Source of the DNA: Candidatus Poribacteria bacterium
Lineage (GTDB): Bacteria; Poribacteria; WGA-4E; PCPOR2b
Length of the DNA: 64,000 nt
Assembly (NCBI GenBank): GCA_965198175.1
Contig: OZ240245.1
Location: 3,328,001-3,392,000 of the forward strand
Reading direction: 5' to 3'
The notes below the pieces were generated by a model that saw only the letters and a program-made list of their open reading frames with translations, did not search any database and was not told where the DNA came from. Shown here piece by piece: positions 49,147 to 59,615 of the stretch. How positions within the stretch are numbered: the stretch's first letter is position 1; the number at the start of each line of letters is the position of its first letter. The position numbers and the translations under genes are program-made.

Positions 49147-52100
49147 ATGCATCAAGTCCGTACAATCTTGGGGTCCATAATACTCTTGTCCTTGGCAAGT
49201 TGTTTTACCCATGACCCGCAGCAGATGCACCCCAATTTTTTTATCGCCGAGGAGGCGGGAACAACCAGCCAACTCCTCAGTGACCGCGTTTTATCCCTGG
49301 CGATCGATTCCCGCTATGTGTGGGTTGGAACAGACCGGGGCTTGAGTCGATACGATAAACAGGGTGGTCAGTGGAACAGTTTCACTGTGAAAGACGGTTT
49401 GGCTCATAACACCGTGTTGTCCATTGCTTTAGACGACGATTTGGTGTGGATTGGTACGCAGGATGGCGCAAACCGCTACCACATGGAGACAAACACTTGG
49501 ACGCGCTATATGCCGCGTGATGGACTGGCGGGGCGAGAGATCTCCTGCATCGCTGTTGATTCGAGATTCATCTGGTTTGGCACGCCAAACGGACTCTCTC
49601 GTTACGACAAAGAGACGAACAGTTGGGCGCGGAGACGCGAAAAGGACGGGCTCGCCGGAGATTCCGTTACACAAATTGCAATCAGCAATGACTACATCTG
49701 GATCGGTACGGAGAAAGGGGTTTCCAGATATGATAAACTCACCGATTCATGGAACAACTACGACAAAGATAGCGGACTCGTCGACAACAGCGTCAGTGCC
49801 ATCGCCGTAGATGGAGATGCTGTTTGGTTCGGTACGGAAAATAAAGGTCTCAGCCTCTATGACCAGCGGAATTCGGATTTCGTCAGGACGTATACCAAAA
49901 AGGATCAGCTGACGAGCGATCAGATCAAAGCGTTGGCTGCCGATGGTACATCGCTGTGGTTGGGGACTGCCGATAGCGGTGCACAACGTTATATTCTATC
50001 TGTCAACACATGGCGAACATACACAGCGCCTATCCCTGCAAAGGCGGAGAAAACTACCAAAGCGGGATTGCCATCCAATCATATCACAGCGATTGCTCCC
50101 GATGGGAATGTGGTGTGGTTCGGCACGCACGAGCATGGACTAGTACGGTATGATTTACGCCATGGAACGTGGAGCACCTACGGCGAAATAAAGGCGTTGA
50201 GTGACAATGATGTGAAGGACATTTTAGTCACGGATGAGTCGGTTTGGGTAGCAACGCGATCCGGATTGAATCAAGCGACCTATCTCGAAAGTTCAGAGTT
50301 TTCGAAGGGGATAAATTGGCGGACGTTAAGCAAGGCAGACGGTTTGACGGATAACTACATCACCTCAGTCCTGGAAGTTAAAGAAAATCTCTGGGTAGGT
50401 ACACCGAGTGGTTTAGGATTACGGCATGGAGATGAGGGCAAGTGGACGTTTTATACGACGAAAGATAGACTGGTGCATGACTTTGTGACCTGCATTGCGT
50501 GGCAGCCCGCGATTAGAGACACCGAAAGGCAGGGACAAGAGGAAGGAACGGGAGAATGGAAAGGGATAACGGACAACAACACGCGAACTAATGATGTTTC
50601 ACGTCTATGGATTGGGACAAAGGCGGGGCTTTCGACCTACGAACCGGAAAATCGCCAGTGGAACACGCATCCGCCGCGGCTGCATATCTCCGGTTGGATT
50701 AACGACATCAAATTCGATGGCGATTTTGTCTGGATCGCTACGACAGATGGGCTTGTCTATTATGATGGTTCTGCCGGTATATCAGGGAAATTGACCGTCA
50801 AAGACGGTTTACCCTCAGAAGTAATTAACACGGTCGAGATAGGCAATCATTCTATTTGGGTTGGTACGCTGTCCGGTTTAGTAGAACTGAACAAGCCATC
50901 ACTCACAACTCGCCCCTACTCGCTTACCACTCACCTCCCGCATTCCAACATCAGAGCGATTGTCGTCGATGGTATTGACGTCTGGGTTGGTACACCATCA
51001 GGACTGCACAACATCGCAGGAAGTGTGTGGACCCGTTACACACGCGAGAGCACTAACGGAGGACTCGTTTACGATAACGTCAAAGCCATTGCGATAAACG
51101 GTGAGAAGGTTTGGGTCGGTACAACCGCGGGGCTCAGTTGCTTGGACAAAAAGAGCGGCAAATGGTCGAATCACATTGCGGCGACAACCACAGAAATGCT
51201 GCGCTCGAATTGGGTTAGCAAGCTCGCAGAAGATGGGGCTGGAATCTGGTTCGGCAACTGGAAGGATTCTTCAGAAGGGGCAATTGTAAGGTATGATAGA
51301 CTATCAGAGACGTTTCAGTTCTTCAGCAAAGATGACCTTCCTTTGAAGCCCACCGACAAACCGATTACGCACATACACGGACTAACCGTGGGTGAAAATG
51401 AGGTTTGGGTCGGCACCAACGGAGGGCTGTTACGCTACGACAAAGTGACAGATACATGGCGTCATTATACAGTAGAGGACGGTCTGCCAAACAACGAAGT
51501 CTGGAGCATCGTCCTTGATACCCCCTACCTCTGGACAGCGCATATTGGCGGCGTGGTGAGCCGTTATTCGCTTGAGGCGGACGTATGGACAACCTATGAA
51601 ATCACGCCAAGTGTGCAATGGAGCGGCATTGGAACCATTGCCGTTGACCCGCAATACGTCTGGGTTACGACGATATGGGAAGGGCTCAAGCGATACGACA
51701 AATCAACGGATACGTGGACTGGTATCACAGAAGTGCAAGGTTTGGGCAACAACGAAGCGAATGACCTGCTTGTCGATGGAGATTATGTGTGGGTCACAGG
51801 TTGGGGGGATGCCAGTCGTTACAATCGGCGAACCGATGAATGGGAAATCTTCACTCGCTGGCGTGTACTCTCAGACGCAAACTTCGGGCTTACCCGGGGG
51901 CTAGACGGGGTTTGGCTCGCGTACACGTGGCGAGATTGGGGCGATGCAATCGCCTCGAAGTATCACAATAAAACTGATTCGTGGACAACGTTGAAAGTGC
52001 CAGAAATGGAAGAAGATTATTTTGGACGCACGATGAAAGTTGTGGAGACCGTCGATAGTGTTTGGTTCGCGGTAGAGTGGCAGGGATTGGCTCGGTATAA

Positions 52101-53283
52101 CAAAGCATCCAAGGATTGGACGTTCTTCAATGAGGAGAACGGTCTTGCAAGTAACGAACTCATTGAGCATTCCATGGTTGTAGACGAAGACTATGTCTGG
52201 GTGGGGACAGCTAGAGGCTTAAGCCGGTATGACCTGGAGAGAGAGGTCTGGACGACATTCACTCGGTCGCCGCTGGCGCAAATCGCCCGCGCAAGAAAAG
52301 TGTACGCGATTACCGCCGAAGCGCGTTATGTGTGGTTGGGAACGCCCGACGGCTTACATCGGTATGACAAACAAACAGACCGTTGGTACTCCCCTCGTCC
52401 GAAGGGGAAAGATGGTGAAGCGCTTAACAATCCAAGTATCACCTGCCTCGCGGTCGATGAAAAATATGTTTGGCTTGGCACAAACGAAGGTGTCCTGCGC
52501 TACGATAAAGCCGGAGATCGATGGGAAACATACACGGATGAAAACGGTTTGCCCGGCGACGCTGTCCGGGATGTGGCTGTGAGAGGCTACGACGTATGGA
52601 TTGCGACCAATCGCGGTGTTGCGGTGTTTAACCGTCTTTCTGACGATCCGAATGCGTGGGAGTCGCACACACAGGAACTGGAAGTCAAAACAATCCAAGA
52701 TGTTAAGAAATACGCGCAGACACTATTGAGCAATGATGTCCGGTGTGTCGGAGTCGGCGATAAGTCTGTCTGGTTCGGCACGAATAAAGGGGCATGCCAC
52801 TATGATAGAGGTAAAAAGACATGGAAGCCTCTTATCACGCATATCTCTTCTTCCTTGCCAGATTCCCGTTTCGGAGAATCTCCCTTTCATCGGAGGGAAA
52901 GGATTACCGACATCAGCGTTATCGCCGTTGATGAAGCTGACATCTGGTTCGGCACGGGAAGAGGCGCGACGAAGTATAACGTCGAATCCGGGGATTTCGT
53001 CACCTACACTCAATCGGACGGTTTGGCGAGCAATCTTGTCACCTGCATCGCCCTCAACGGGGAGGAAATCTGGTTTGGATCGGCGGACGCGGGGGTCACA
53101 CGGCTGGATAAAGCTACAGGTAGATGGCGCGTTTTTAACAAAGGCGATGGTCTGCTCCACAATCGAGTCGAGGCAATAGCGTTTGACGGCGATCAACTCT
53201 GGTTCGGCACAGAGCTCGGTTTGTGTCGGTATGACCAGAATACAGGGACATGGACAAGTTATGCGGAACATCTGAATCCCTGA
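49147..53283 (+). CDS. Giant multi-beta-propeller lipoprotein 2
   Basis: Lipobox LSLASC. Same repeat consensus as 43645..47631 and colinear with it. Confidence 0.88.
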   Translation: MHQVRTILGSIILLSLASCFTHDPQQMHPNFFIAEEAGTTSQLLSDRVLSLAIDSRYVWVGTDRGLSRYDKQGGQWNSFTVKDGLAHNTVLSIALDDDLVWIGTQDGANRYHMETNTWTRYMPRDGLAGREISCIAVDSRFIWFGTPNGLSRYDKETNSWARRREKDGLAGDSVTQIAISNDYIWIGTEKGVSRYDKLTDSWNNYDKDSGLVDNSVSAIAVDGDAVWFGTENKGLSLYDQRNSDFVRTYTKKDQLTSDQIKALAADGTSLWLGTADSGAQRYILSVNTWRTYTAPIPAKAEKTTKAGLPSNHITAIAPDGNVVWFGTHEHGLVRYDLRHGTWSTYGEIKALSDNDVKDILVTDESVWVATRSGLNQATYLESSEFSKGINWRTLSKADGLTDNYITSVLEVKENLWVGTPSGLGLRHGDEGKWTFYTTKDRLVHDFVTCIAWQPAIRDTERQGQEEGTGEWKGITDNNTRTNDVSRLWIGTKAGLSTYEPENRQWNTHPPRLHISGWINDIKFDGDFVWIATTDGLVYYDGSAGISGKLTVKDGLPSEVINTVEIGNHSIWVGTLSGLVELNKPSLTTRPYSLTTHLPHSNIRAIVVDGIDVWVGTPSGLHNIAGSVWTRYTRESTNGGLVYDNVKAIAINGEKVWVGTTAGLSCLDKKSGKWSNHIAATTTEMLRSNWVSKLAEDGAGIWFGNWKDSSEGAIVRYDRLSETFQFFSKDDLPLKPTDKPITHIHGLTVGENEVWVGTNGGLLRYDKVTDTWRHYTVEDGLPNNEVWSIVLDTPYLWTAHIGGVVSRYSLEADVWTTYEITPSVQWSGIGTIAVDPQYVWVTTIWEGLKRYDKSTDTWTGITEVQGLGNNEANDLLVDGDYVWVTGWGDASRYNRRTDEWEIFTRWRVLSDANFGLTRGLDGVWLAYTWRDWGDAIASKYHNKTDSWTTLKVPEMEEDYFGRTMKVVETVDSVWFAVEWQGLARYNKASKDWTFFNEENGLASNELIEHSMVVDEDYVWVGTARGLSRYDLEREVWTTFTRSPLAQIARARKVYAITAEARYVWLGTPDGLHRYDKQTDRWYSPRPKGKDGEALNNPSITCLAVDEKYVWLGTNEGVLRYDKAGDRWETYTDENGLPGDAVRDVAVRGYDVWIATNRGVAVFNRLSDDPNAWESHTQELEVKTIQDVKKYAQTLLSNDVRCVGVGDKSVWFGTNKGACHYDRGKKTWKPLITHISSSLPDSRFGESPFHRRERITDISVIAVDEADIWFGTGRGATKYNVESGDFVTYTQSDGLASNLVTCIALNGEEIWFGSADAGVTRLDKATGRWRVFNKGDGLLHNRVEAIAFDGDQLWFGTELGLCRYDQNTGTWTSYAEHLNP

Positions 53284-53316
53284 CGGTTGGCGACTTTCGT
53301 GCGGAGAAATGACAGG

Positions 53317-56300
53317 ATGAGAAGACAGACCCAATGCGCACTACAGTTCACGCATTACGCATTGCTAATGTTCCTAATCGGGTGTAGTCTAACGCAGACC
53401 GACCCGCAGGAAGAAAAATCGGTTGTTTTGGAGGAAGCGGCAATTGCCCAAGCGGCAGCGGAACAAACGTTGGTGAGCGATAACGTCCGCTGTGTGTCAA
53501 CTTCATCCGATCATGTTTGGGTAGGGACAGATCGAGGTGTCAGTGTCTATCACAAAGCGGACAATCGTTGGACGAAGTTAGACTGGGAAGATGGGCTCCT
53601 CTCTGATGATGTCACTGCGGTCGCTGCCGATGGAGTATCTGTCTGGATTGGTACGACTCTCGGCATCAGCCTTTATAATGCAGAGAATAGGAGTTGGACA
53701 AAGTTCCAGCGGCGCGACGGCTTGGCAAACAACAACGTCACCGCCATCGCTGTGGACGGGAATCACATCTGGGTTGGTACCGAGTCCGGTATTTCACGTT
53801 ATGATAAGACGACGGGGACATGGGCATTGCAACGGGAGAAAGGCAAAGATCGGCTAAACGCAGTTACCGCAATTGCTGTGGAGTCGGAGTATGTTTGGTT
53901 TGGTACACAAGATGGGCTTCGACGTTACGATAAGCCCAAGGATGCATGGAACGCTTACACGAAAGAGGAAGGGCTGGTGGAGAATCATATCCGCTGCACC
54001 GCATTGAGCCCTGACTCCGTTTGGGTGGGTACGGAGAAGTCGGGTGTGAGCAAATACAGTACAGCCAACCAAACCTTCACCGAAAGCCATACCCGGACAG
54101 ATTTGCTGGAGAGCGATTTCATCAGGGCGATTGCGGTCGATGGTGACAACGTCTGGTTTGGTTCTGCAGATCGCGGAATTCGAAGGTTCATTACAACAGT
54201 GGATACTTGGTTCAAATACACGACTGCACAAGGTTTAGTCAGCGACCACATTACTTGGCTGGCTGTTGATGGCAACTATATTTGGCTCGGCACCTACGAG
54301 GACGGTTTGGGGCGATACGATAAAGCGAAGGATGCGTGGACATGGTATTCCAAGCGAGATACACTGGCGTCAAATCAGATTAAATCCCTTGCTTCAACTG
54401 AGAACGCACTCTGGGCGGGTACGAATAAAGGTTTGAGCCGATACACGCTTCACAAAAAGACGTGGAAGACCTACACCAAAGCAGATGGTCTGGTGACAAA
54501 TTATATCACTTATCTGGCAGGTGGCACTGACAATGAAACATTATGGGTTGGGACGCCCTTGGGGTTAGGGAGACTAACCGGGCAACAATGGCGTTTCTAT
54601 ACGGAAAGACATGGGCTGGCAAACAATTTTGTTACCTGTGTCAGTGTCTCTGATAAAGTTTGGGTCGCAACGAAAGGTGGATTGAGTTCCTTCATCAGAT
54701 CCGAAACGCCTGAAACCGGGATTGAGCGAATCAGCAAATCCACGAATCAACAAGACTCGCCGCATGTCTCATCGGGCATCACCTTACACGCTACACGCAC
54801 CTATCTCACTAGCGAGTGGGTGACAGCCGTACTGGCAACGGGTGAAGAAGTTTGGGCGGGAACGGCTGAAGGATTGTATCGGAGAAACCCCGAGACGGAT
54901 GAATTTGAACCGCTCCCGATAGTTCGCGATTATGTTAACACACTTGTGTTCAGTCTTGATAAGCGTCTGCTGGTCGGAACACGAAATGGGTTGTGGCTCA
55001 TTGGGGACGAAATGTCATCCCATATCACCGATGGTTTGCCGAACCTGAATGTCAGGGCTGTCGCGGTAGACGGAGAGACCATCTGGGTGGGAACGCCGGG
55101 CGGAATTGCACGTCTGGAAGATTTGGAGGTTCAACAGGTTTTTACAATGAAGCCAGATGGCTTGCTGCACGATAATGTTCAGAGCATTGCCGTTGCGGAT
55201 AAGCAGGTTTTTTTCGGTACTGTTGCTGGTGTAGCTATCTATGAGGTAGAAAAAAAACTATGGGAGAAACATACGCCGTATTACGATACGGAGAATCTCA
55301 GAGAGGACCAAATCCGTTGGATTGAGTTAGATGGGCACCACCTGTGGGCGCTCAACTGGTCGTCTTCCCCGAATGGCGCGATATTGAAATTCGACCGGCG
55401 CACCGAAACGTGGACGGAATACACGAAATATGCACTACCACTCTCCTCCGAAGTCCCGTTTATCACCGAAATTCACCGCCTAGCGGTCGGGGTAAAAGAT
55501 GTCTGGTTTGCGACAGCCGATGCCGGCGTGTTGCAATATCATAAGGCATCCGATACTTGGACGCATTTCACTAAATCGTCGGGGCTGCCGGGACACCACA
55601 CCTCGCGCGTCGAGTTTGACAAGCCTAATCGCGTTTGGGTCGCCTTCCACGGCGGTGTTGCAGCGCAGTATGATACGCGAACGGAAAAATGGGAGACCGT
55701 GAAAGTGACAGAAGCGGGTGCCGGAACACACATCGAAGACATCGCTTGCACAAAAGACTACGTCTGGTTTTCCACAAACAGCGTTGGGGTCAGAAGGTAT
55801 GAACGATCTACGAAAATCTGGAAGTCGTACACAGAGGCGCAAGGTATGGCGTCGCGGTTTACTCCGTGGATTGCCGCGGACGGAGAAGGGGTGTGGACTA
55901 GTGGCGGAGATTCTTGGTCATGGGTCAGCGACCGCGGCATGAGTGGTGTGAGTTACTATCGTCCTAACGAAGACACATGGACGTTTTTTGACTGGCGTAA
56001 AGGCTTACGAGCAGGTGCAACTGATTACGGACAGGTCAGCAAGGATTATGTTTGGTGCTTTGGTTGGGAAGGCGTCAACAGGTACGATAAAGCCGGTAAG
56101 TCGTGGACTTCCTTCACGCAAAGTGATGGACTCCCAGCCCGTAGGATCAGTGCGGTTGCAGGAGACAGTGACGGTTTCTGGGCAGGTACGAATGAACAGG
56201 GGGTCCTGAAATACGCTCAAGCGTCCGGCGCATGGACAGTTTTCACAGTGGATGACGGGTTGATTAACGACAGTGTCCAACCATACGCACTTAAAGTAGA

Positions 56301-57387
56301 TCCGGAATATGTGTGGGTTGGAACCCCACAAGGATTGAGCCGCTACGATAAGGAGAGGGAGATATGGGCTTCGTTTACCAAACCGTCGAACTTGGCAGAT
56401 CGGCGAGTGATGGCTGTTGCTGCTGATAGCCGTTACGTTTGGGTCGGTACGCACCTCGGCTTGAGTCGATACGACAAACGATACGACATGTGGAAACACT
56501 TTCGGAAAGAAAAAAAAGAAAACGATAACGATGACAATGAAGGTGAGGAAGAAGATGAAAAGAACGAACTTGTCGACAACAGCGTCATAGATATATCTGT
56601 CGGTGTGCGGCACGTTTGGATTGCGACTGAAGGCGGTGTCGGTCGATACGACAAAATCGGCGATCGGTTTGAATCGTACACCAAAGAGAATCAACTACCG
56701 AGTGTTGATATCCGGGCGATTGCTGAGAATAAAAGTGACGTGTGGATCGGGACGAAAAACGGTATTAGCAAGCACAGCATTCTCTCCGAAGATCGGAATG
56801 CCTGGGAAACATACAACGCTGCGATTGAAATTCTGCCGACAGTGAAAGGAAAGTACGCCAAAAGTCTGGAAAATGATGATGTTCGGTGTCTGGCAGTCGA
56901 TGACAACCGCGTTTGGGTTGGAACGAAAACAGGCGTCTCGCTCTATACAATCGGAAAGGGGATGTGGAGCACCTTTACCCAAAAGAATGGGTTAACTAGC
57001 GATGAGGTCAGTTGCATTACCATTGATGATGAGCGGGTATGGTTCGGAAGCGGGCGCGGCGTAACGGTTTATGACACGGTGAATGAAACGTGGAAGATAC
57101 TTACGAAAGCAGATGGCTTGGGTTCAAATCTAATCACGTCAATCGCAGTCAATGGGAATCAAACTTGGTTCGGTACATTCGACGGAGGTGTCACCGTGTT
57201 AGACAATTCAACCGGGCGGTTTACAACCTTTACGAAAGCTGATGGGCTTCCCCATAATGGCATCATGTCGATTGCGATCGATGGCGATTATATCTGGTTT
57301 GGCACACACGGCGGATTAACCCGATACGATTCCCCAACTGGGACGTGGACGGTTTACACCGAGCAGTTTGACTATGATGGGATATAG
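53317..57387 (+). CDS. Giant multi-beta-propeller lipoprotein 3
   Basis: Lipobox FLIGC, same repeats, acidic insert ENDNDDNEGEEEDE. Start 53317 (or TTG 53287). Confidence 0.88.
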   Translation: MRRQTQCALQFTHYALLMFLIGCSLTQTDPQEEKSVVLEEAAIAQAAAEQTLVSDNVRCVSTSSDHVWVGTDRGVSVYHKADNRWTKLDWEDGLLSDDVTAVAADGVSVWIGTTLGISLYNAENRSWTKFQRRDGLANNNVTAIAVDGNHIWVGTESGISRYDKTTGTWALQREKGKDRLNAVTAIAVESEYVWFGTQDGLRRYDKPKDAWNAYTKEEGLVENHIRCTALSPDSVWVGTEKSGVSKYSTANQTFTESHTRTDLLESDFIRAIAVDGDNVWFGSADRGIRRFITTVDTWFKYTTAQGLVSDHITWLAVDGNYIWLGTYEDGLGRYDKAKDAWTWYSKRDTLASNQIKSLASTENALWAGTNKGLSRYTLHKKTWKTYTKADGLVTNYITYLAGGTDNETLWVGTPLGLGRLTGQQWRFYTERHGLANNFVTCVSVSDKVWVATKGGLSSFIRSETPETGIERISKSTNQQDSPHVSSGITLHATRTYLTSEWVTAVLATGEEVWAGTAEGLYRRNPETDEFEPLPIVRDYVNTLVFSLDKRLLVGTRNGLWLIGDEMSSHITDGLPNLNVRAVAVDGETIWVGTPGGIARLEDLEVQQVFTMKPDGLLHDNVQSIAVADKQVFFGTVAGVAIYEVEKKLWEKHTPYYDTENLREDQIRWIELDGHHLWALNWSSSPNGAILKFDRRTETWTEYTKYALPLSSEVPFITEIHRLAVGVKDVWFATADAGVLQYHKASDTWTHFTKSSGLPGHHTSRVEFDKPNRVWVAFHGGVAAQYDTRTEKWETVKVTEAGAGTHIEDIACTKDYVWFSTNSVGVRRYERSTKIWKSYTEAQGMASRFTPWIAADGEGVWTSGGDSWSWVSDRGMSGVSYYRPNEDTWTFFDWRKGLRAGATDYGQVSKDYVWCFGWEGVNRYDKAGKSWTSFTQSDGLPARRISAVAGDSDGFWAGTNEQGVLKYAQASGAWTVFTVDDGLINDSVQPYALKVDPEYVWVGTPQGLSRYDKEREIWASFTKPSNLADRRVMAVAADSRYVWVGTHLGLSRYDKRYDMWKHFRKEKKENDNDDNEGEEEDEKNELVDNSVIDISVGVRHVWIATEGGVGRYDKIGDRFESYTKENQLPSVDIRAIAENKSDVWIGTKNGISKHSILSEDRNAWETYNAAIEILPTVKGKYAKSLENDDVRCLAVDDNRVWVGTKTGVSLYTIGKGMWSTFTQKNGLTSDEVSCITIDDERVWFGSGRGVTVYDTVNETWKILTKADGLGSNLITSIAVNGNQTWFGTFDGGVTVLDNSTGRFTTFTKADGLPHNGIMSIAIDGDYIWFGTHGGLTRYDSPTGTWTVYTEQFDYDGI

Positions 57388-57417
57388 GGCGCGAAACGCA
57401 ATTAGGAAATTCTGCAA

Positions 57418-59388
57418 ATGAGAAATCGGAAGGCGACGGCGAAGTTTTGGACGTTTTTCTTCTTCAGGTTTTTTTTGGGTTTCTTACTCTTTGGGCTTCT
57501 CACCTTCCAGGTGGAAGCAGAAGATGTCTACAGTCTGTTCGGCAAGCTCTTTCTGTCAGGGCGTGTAGAATATGATTTCAACAATAAACGGGACTTTCTC
57601 GCGGATACGGAAGAGGATGCGGTCCGGCAGAACGAGTTCGATTTTGACCGCGTGTTTCGGCGCGGCTTCCACAGCGTCATGATCATTGAGGAAACCGCTG
57701 GCAATGTCAAGAACATCCTGAGTTTGGGAGAGGTGCCCACCACCTTTACGAAATTCACCTTCGATCAGATTGACCTCTCCGGCGTGCGTTGGGATGTGCG
57801 CTCGGAACGCACCGATTGGATGATCTTAATGGTCCCTGGTCTGCTCAACCCGGTAATTGGACAAGGAGATGTCAATGGGTCTGGAATCGGTATTCGCGAA
57901 GTGACGAAATTTGGGAAGTCCAAACTTGGGGCTTCTTGGTACTTCCGCGACACGCCGGTGTGGGCTTTGGACATGGAGACCAACTTTGCAAACTACGGTT
58001 TGAAGGCGGAGTTTGCGACGTCGCCAAAAAGCGCGTTAAGAAAAAACCTCAGCTCGCGTTTTGACGCAACGACGACAGTGTTTAAGGCGTTCCAAACCGT
58101 TGGTGACACAATCTTTCAAGGGGAAGTCTTCCGCGTCGGTCCGCGATTCGATGCATCTCGCTCTGTCGGGGATAACGATGATCTGGACCGATACACCGAT
58201 AACACGCGGTTGGATCCGCCTTCACTGATTATTCCTGGTGACCTCGATAAGAACAACAATGGTACCTTCGATTATGAGGATGATATTCTACTTTTCGATG
58301 TTGATGAGGATTTCCTTGACGAAAGGGATCATAATAACAACGGTATTCGGGACGCGGAGGAGAACGATAAAGACCCCAATTACGAATTTGATATTGGACT
58401 GCGAGGGCTGCGTCTGCTTATGAAGCGCAAGACAAGTCGTGCTACAACTTCCACAGACCTTGATATTGGCTTGCAATTTGAAAAGGACCTCAGGAACACA
58501 GCGCTCCGCCGTTCTTCTACGGCAACAAAGGCGTTTACCAATCTAGTCTACAAGAAAAAGCTCTCTCAGAATTCTGCTCTGGTCCTTGAGAACGAACTGA
58601 AATGGGTGAGAGACCACATCCCAGATGAGACCTGGTACTTTGCCGGTTTCCTGAGCAAGACTGAGGGTCAACTCTATCGGGTTCAGCCTGACGTGCAGAA
58701 TTTGGAGGCGGAAGGCGAGGTGACGTTTTTCGATGTTGACGGTGGGGTTGAGGTCGAGAAGCGACGTAAAGATCCGCTGTTGATGCAGGACGACGTAATC
58801 AATACTGCTAAGGTCACTTGGGAATATTCGGGAATTAAGCACATGGTCACGACCGGGCGTTTCAAACTACGATACAATCTAGATTTCGACTTGGACAACG
58901 ACCATTACGAGGTCGGCATTTTGAAAACAAACTACCGCATGCGTCCATCCAAATCGCTTGAGATTACGCCGATGTTCAAATACACGATTCGCAACGGCTT
59001 TCAGATGGCAGAAAACCGTTTGGAACATCTCTCCTTAGTGGGGGCGATTGAGGGCGAAGAGACTTCACGCAATATTCGACTCAACGTAATTGAGGCGGCG
59101 GATGTGCGTGACATGGCGGCTGCATTCATCCTGAAAACCGTTTATCAGTTCACTAAGACAATCAAGATTACTGGAGGCGGACAGGTTCTACTCTTTAACG
59201 ATATGCTTGAAGATGGAAACGACTTTGTTCGCCAGGCTCTCCTAGCTGAGATGGAGAAGAGCTTTGTTGCCTACGAAAGAGAACTGTTCCTTCACATCGG
59301 TGCTCGCTACATCGATCAACGCGCCAACGCGGACGTGAACGATGATAACTTCATGGAAACCTTCGTGCGCGTGTTTGGAAAGTTCTAG
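57418..59388 (+). CDS. Probable outer-membrane beta-barrel protein with Ca-binding-like loops
   Basis: Signal peptide ending VEA; many amphipathic strand-like segments; C-terminal FVRVFGKF; DLDKNNNGTFD and DHNNNGIRD motifs. Confidence 0.62.
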   Translation: MRNRKATAKFWTFFFFRFFLGFLLFGLLTFQVEAEDVYSLFGKLFLSGRVEYDFNNKRDFLADTEEDAVRQNEFDFDRVFRRGFHSVMIIEETAGNVKNILSLGEVPTTFTKFTFDQIDLSGVRWDVRSERTDWMILMVPGLLNPVIGQGDVNGSGIGIREVTKFGKSKLGASWYFRDTPVWALDMETNFANYGLKAEFATSPKSALRKNLSSRFDATTTVFKAFQTVGDTIFQGEVFRVGPRFDASRSVGDNDDLDRYTDNTRLDPPSLIIPGDLDKNNNGTFDYEDDILLFDVDEDFLDERDHNNNGIRDAEENDKDPNYEFDIGLRGLRLLMKRKTSRATTSTDLDIGLQFEKDLRNTALRRSSTATKAFTNLVYKKKLSQNSALVLENELKWVRDHIPDETWYFAGFLSKTEGQLYRVQPDVQNLEAEGEVTFFDVDGGVEVEKRRKDPLLMQDDVINTAKVTWEYSGIKHMVTTGRFKLRYNLDFDLDNDHYEVGILKTNYRMRPSKSLEITPMFKYTIRNGFQMAENRLEHLSLVGAIEGEETSRNIRLNVIEAADVRDMAAAFILKTVYQFTKTIKITGGGQVLLFNDMLEDGNDFVRQALLAEMEKSFVAYERELFLHIGARYIDQRANADVNDDNFMETFVRVFGKF

Positions 59389-59402
59389 GTTGTGTTGACA
59401 TT

Positions 59403-59480
59403 TCAGCGCCGTGCGAGTGTGTTGCCATCCGGGGAGAAGACAACGGAACGGACATCGCTCGTATGCCCGGAAAGTAGGGG
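59403..59480 (-). pseudogene. Orphan single WD40 repeat remnant
   Basis: Minus strand reads LSGHTSDVRSVVFSPDGNTLA followed by a stop, with no surrounding gene. Confidence 0.65.
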
Positions 59481-59615
59481 GACAAGAGGTGTTGCGATAA
59501 TCTGGCTAGCGTCGCCTTCGTAAGAGTTATCGTTAGGGTTTAACTGAGCGTGGCTTATAATTCAGTCAAGCACACGTGCAAACACAGAGTGCAGACACAA
59601 AGGAGAATAAATCTG

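Noticed and set aside
43645..57387. Hybrid two-component sensor kinases
   Set aside because: There are no TM, HisKA, HATPase or receiver domains; the proteins end at the last propeller blade.
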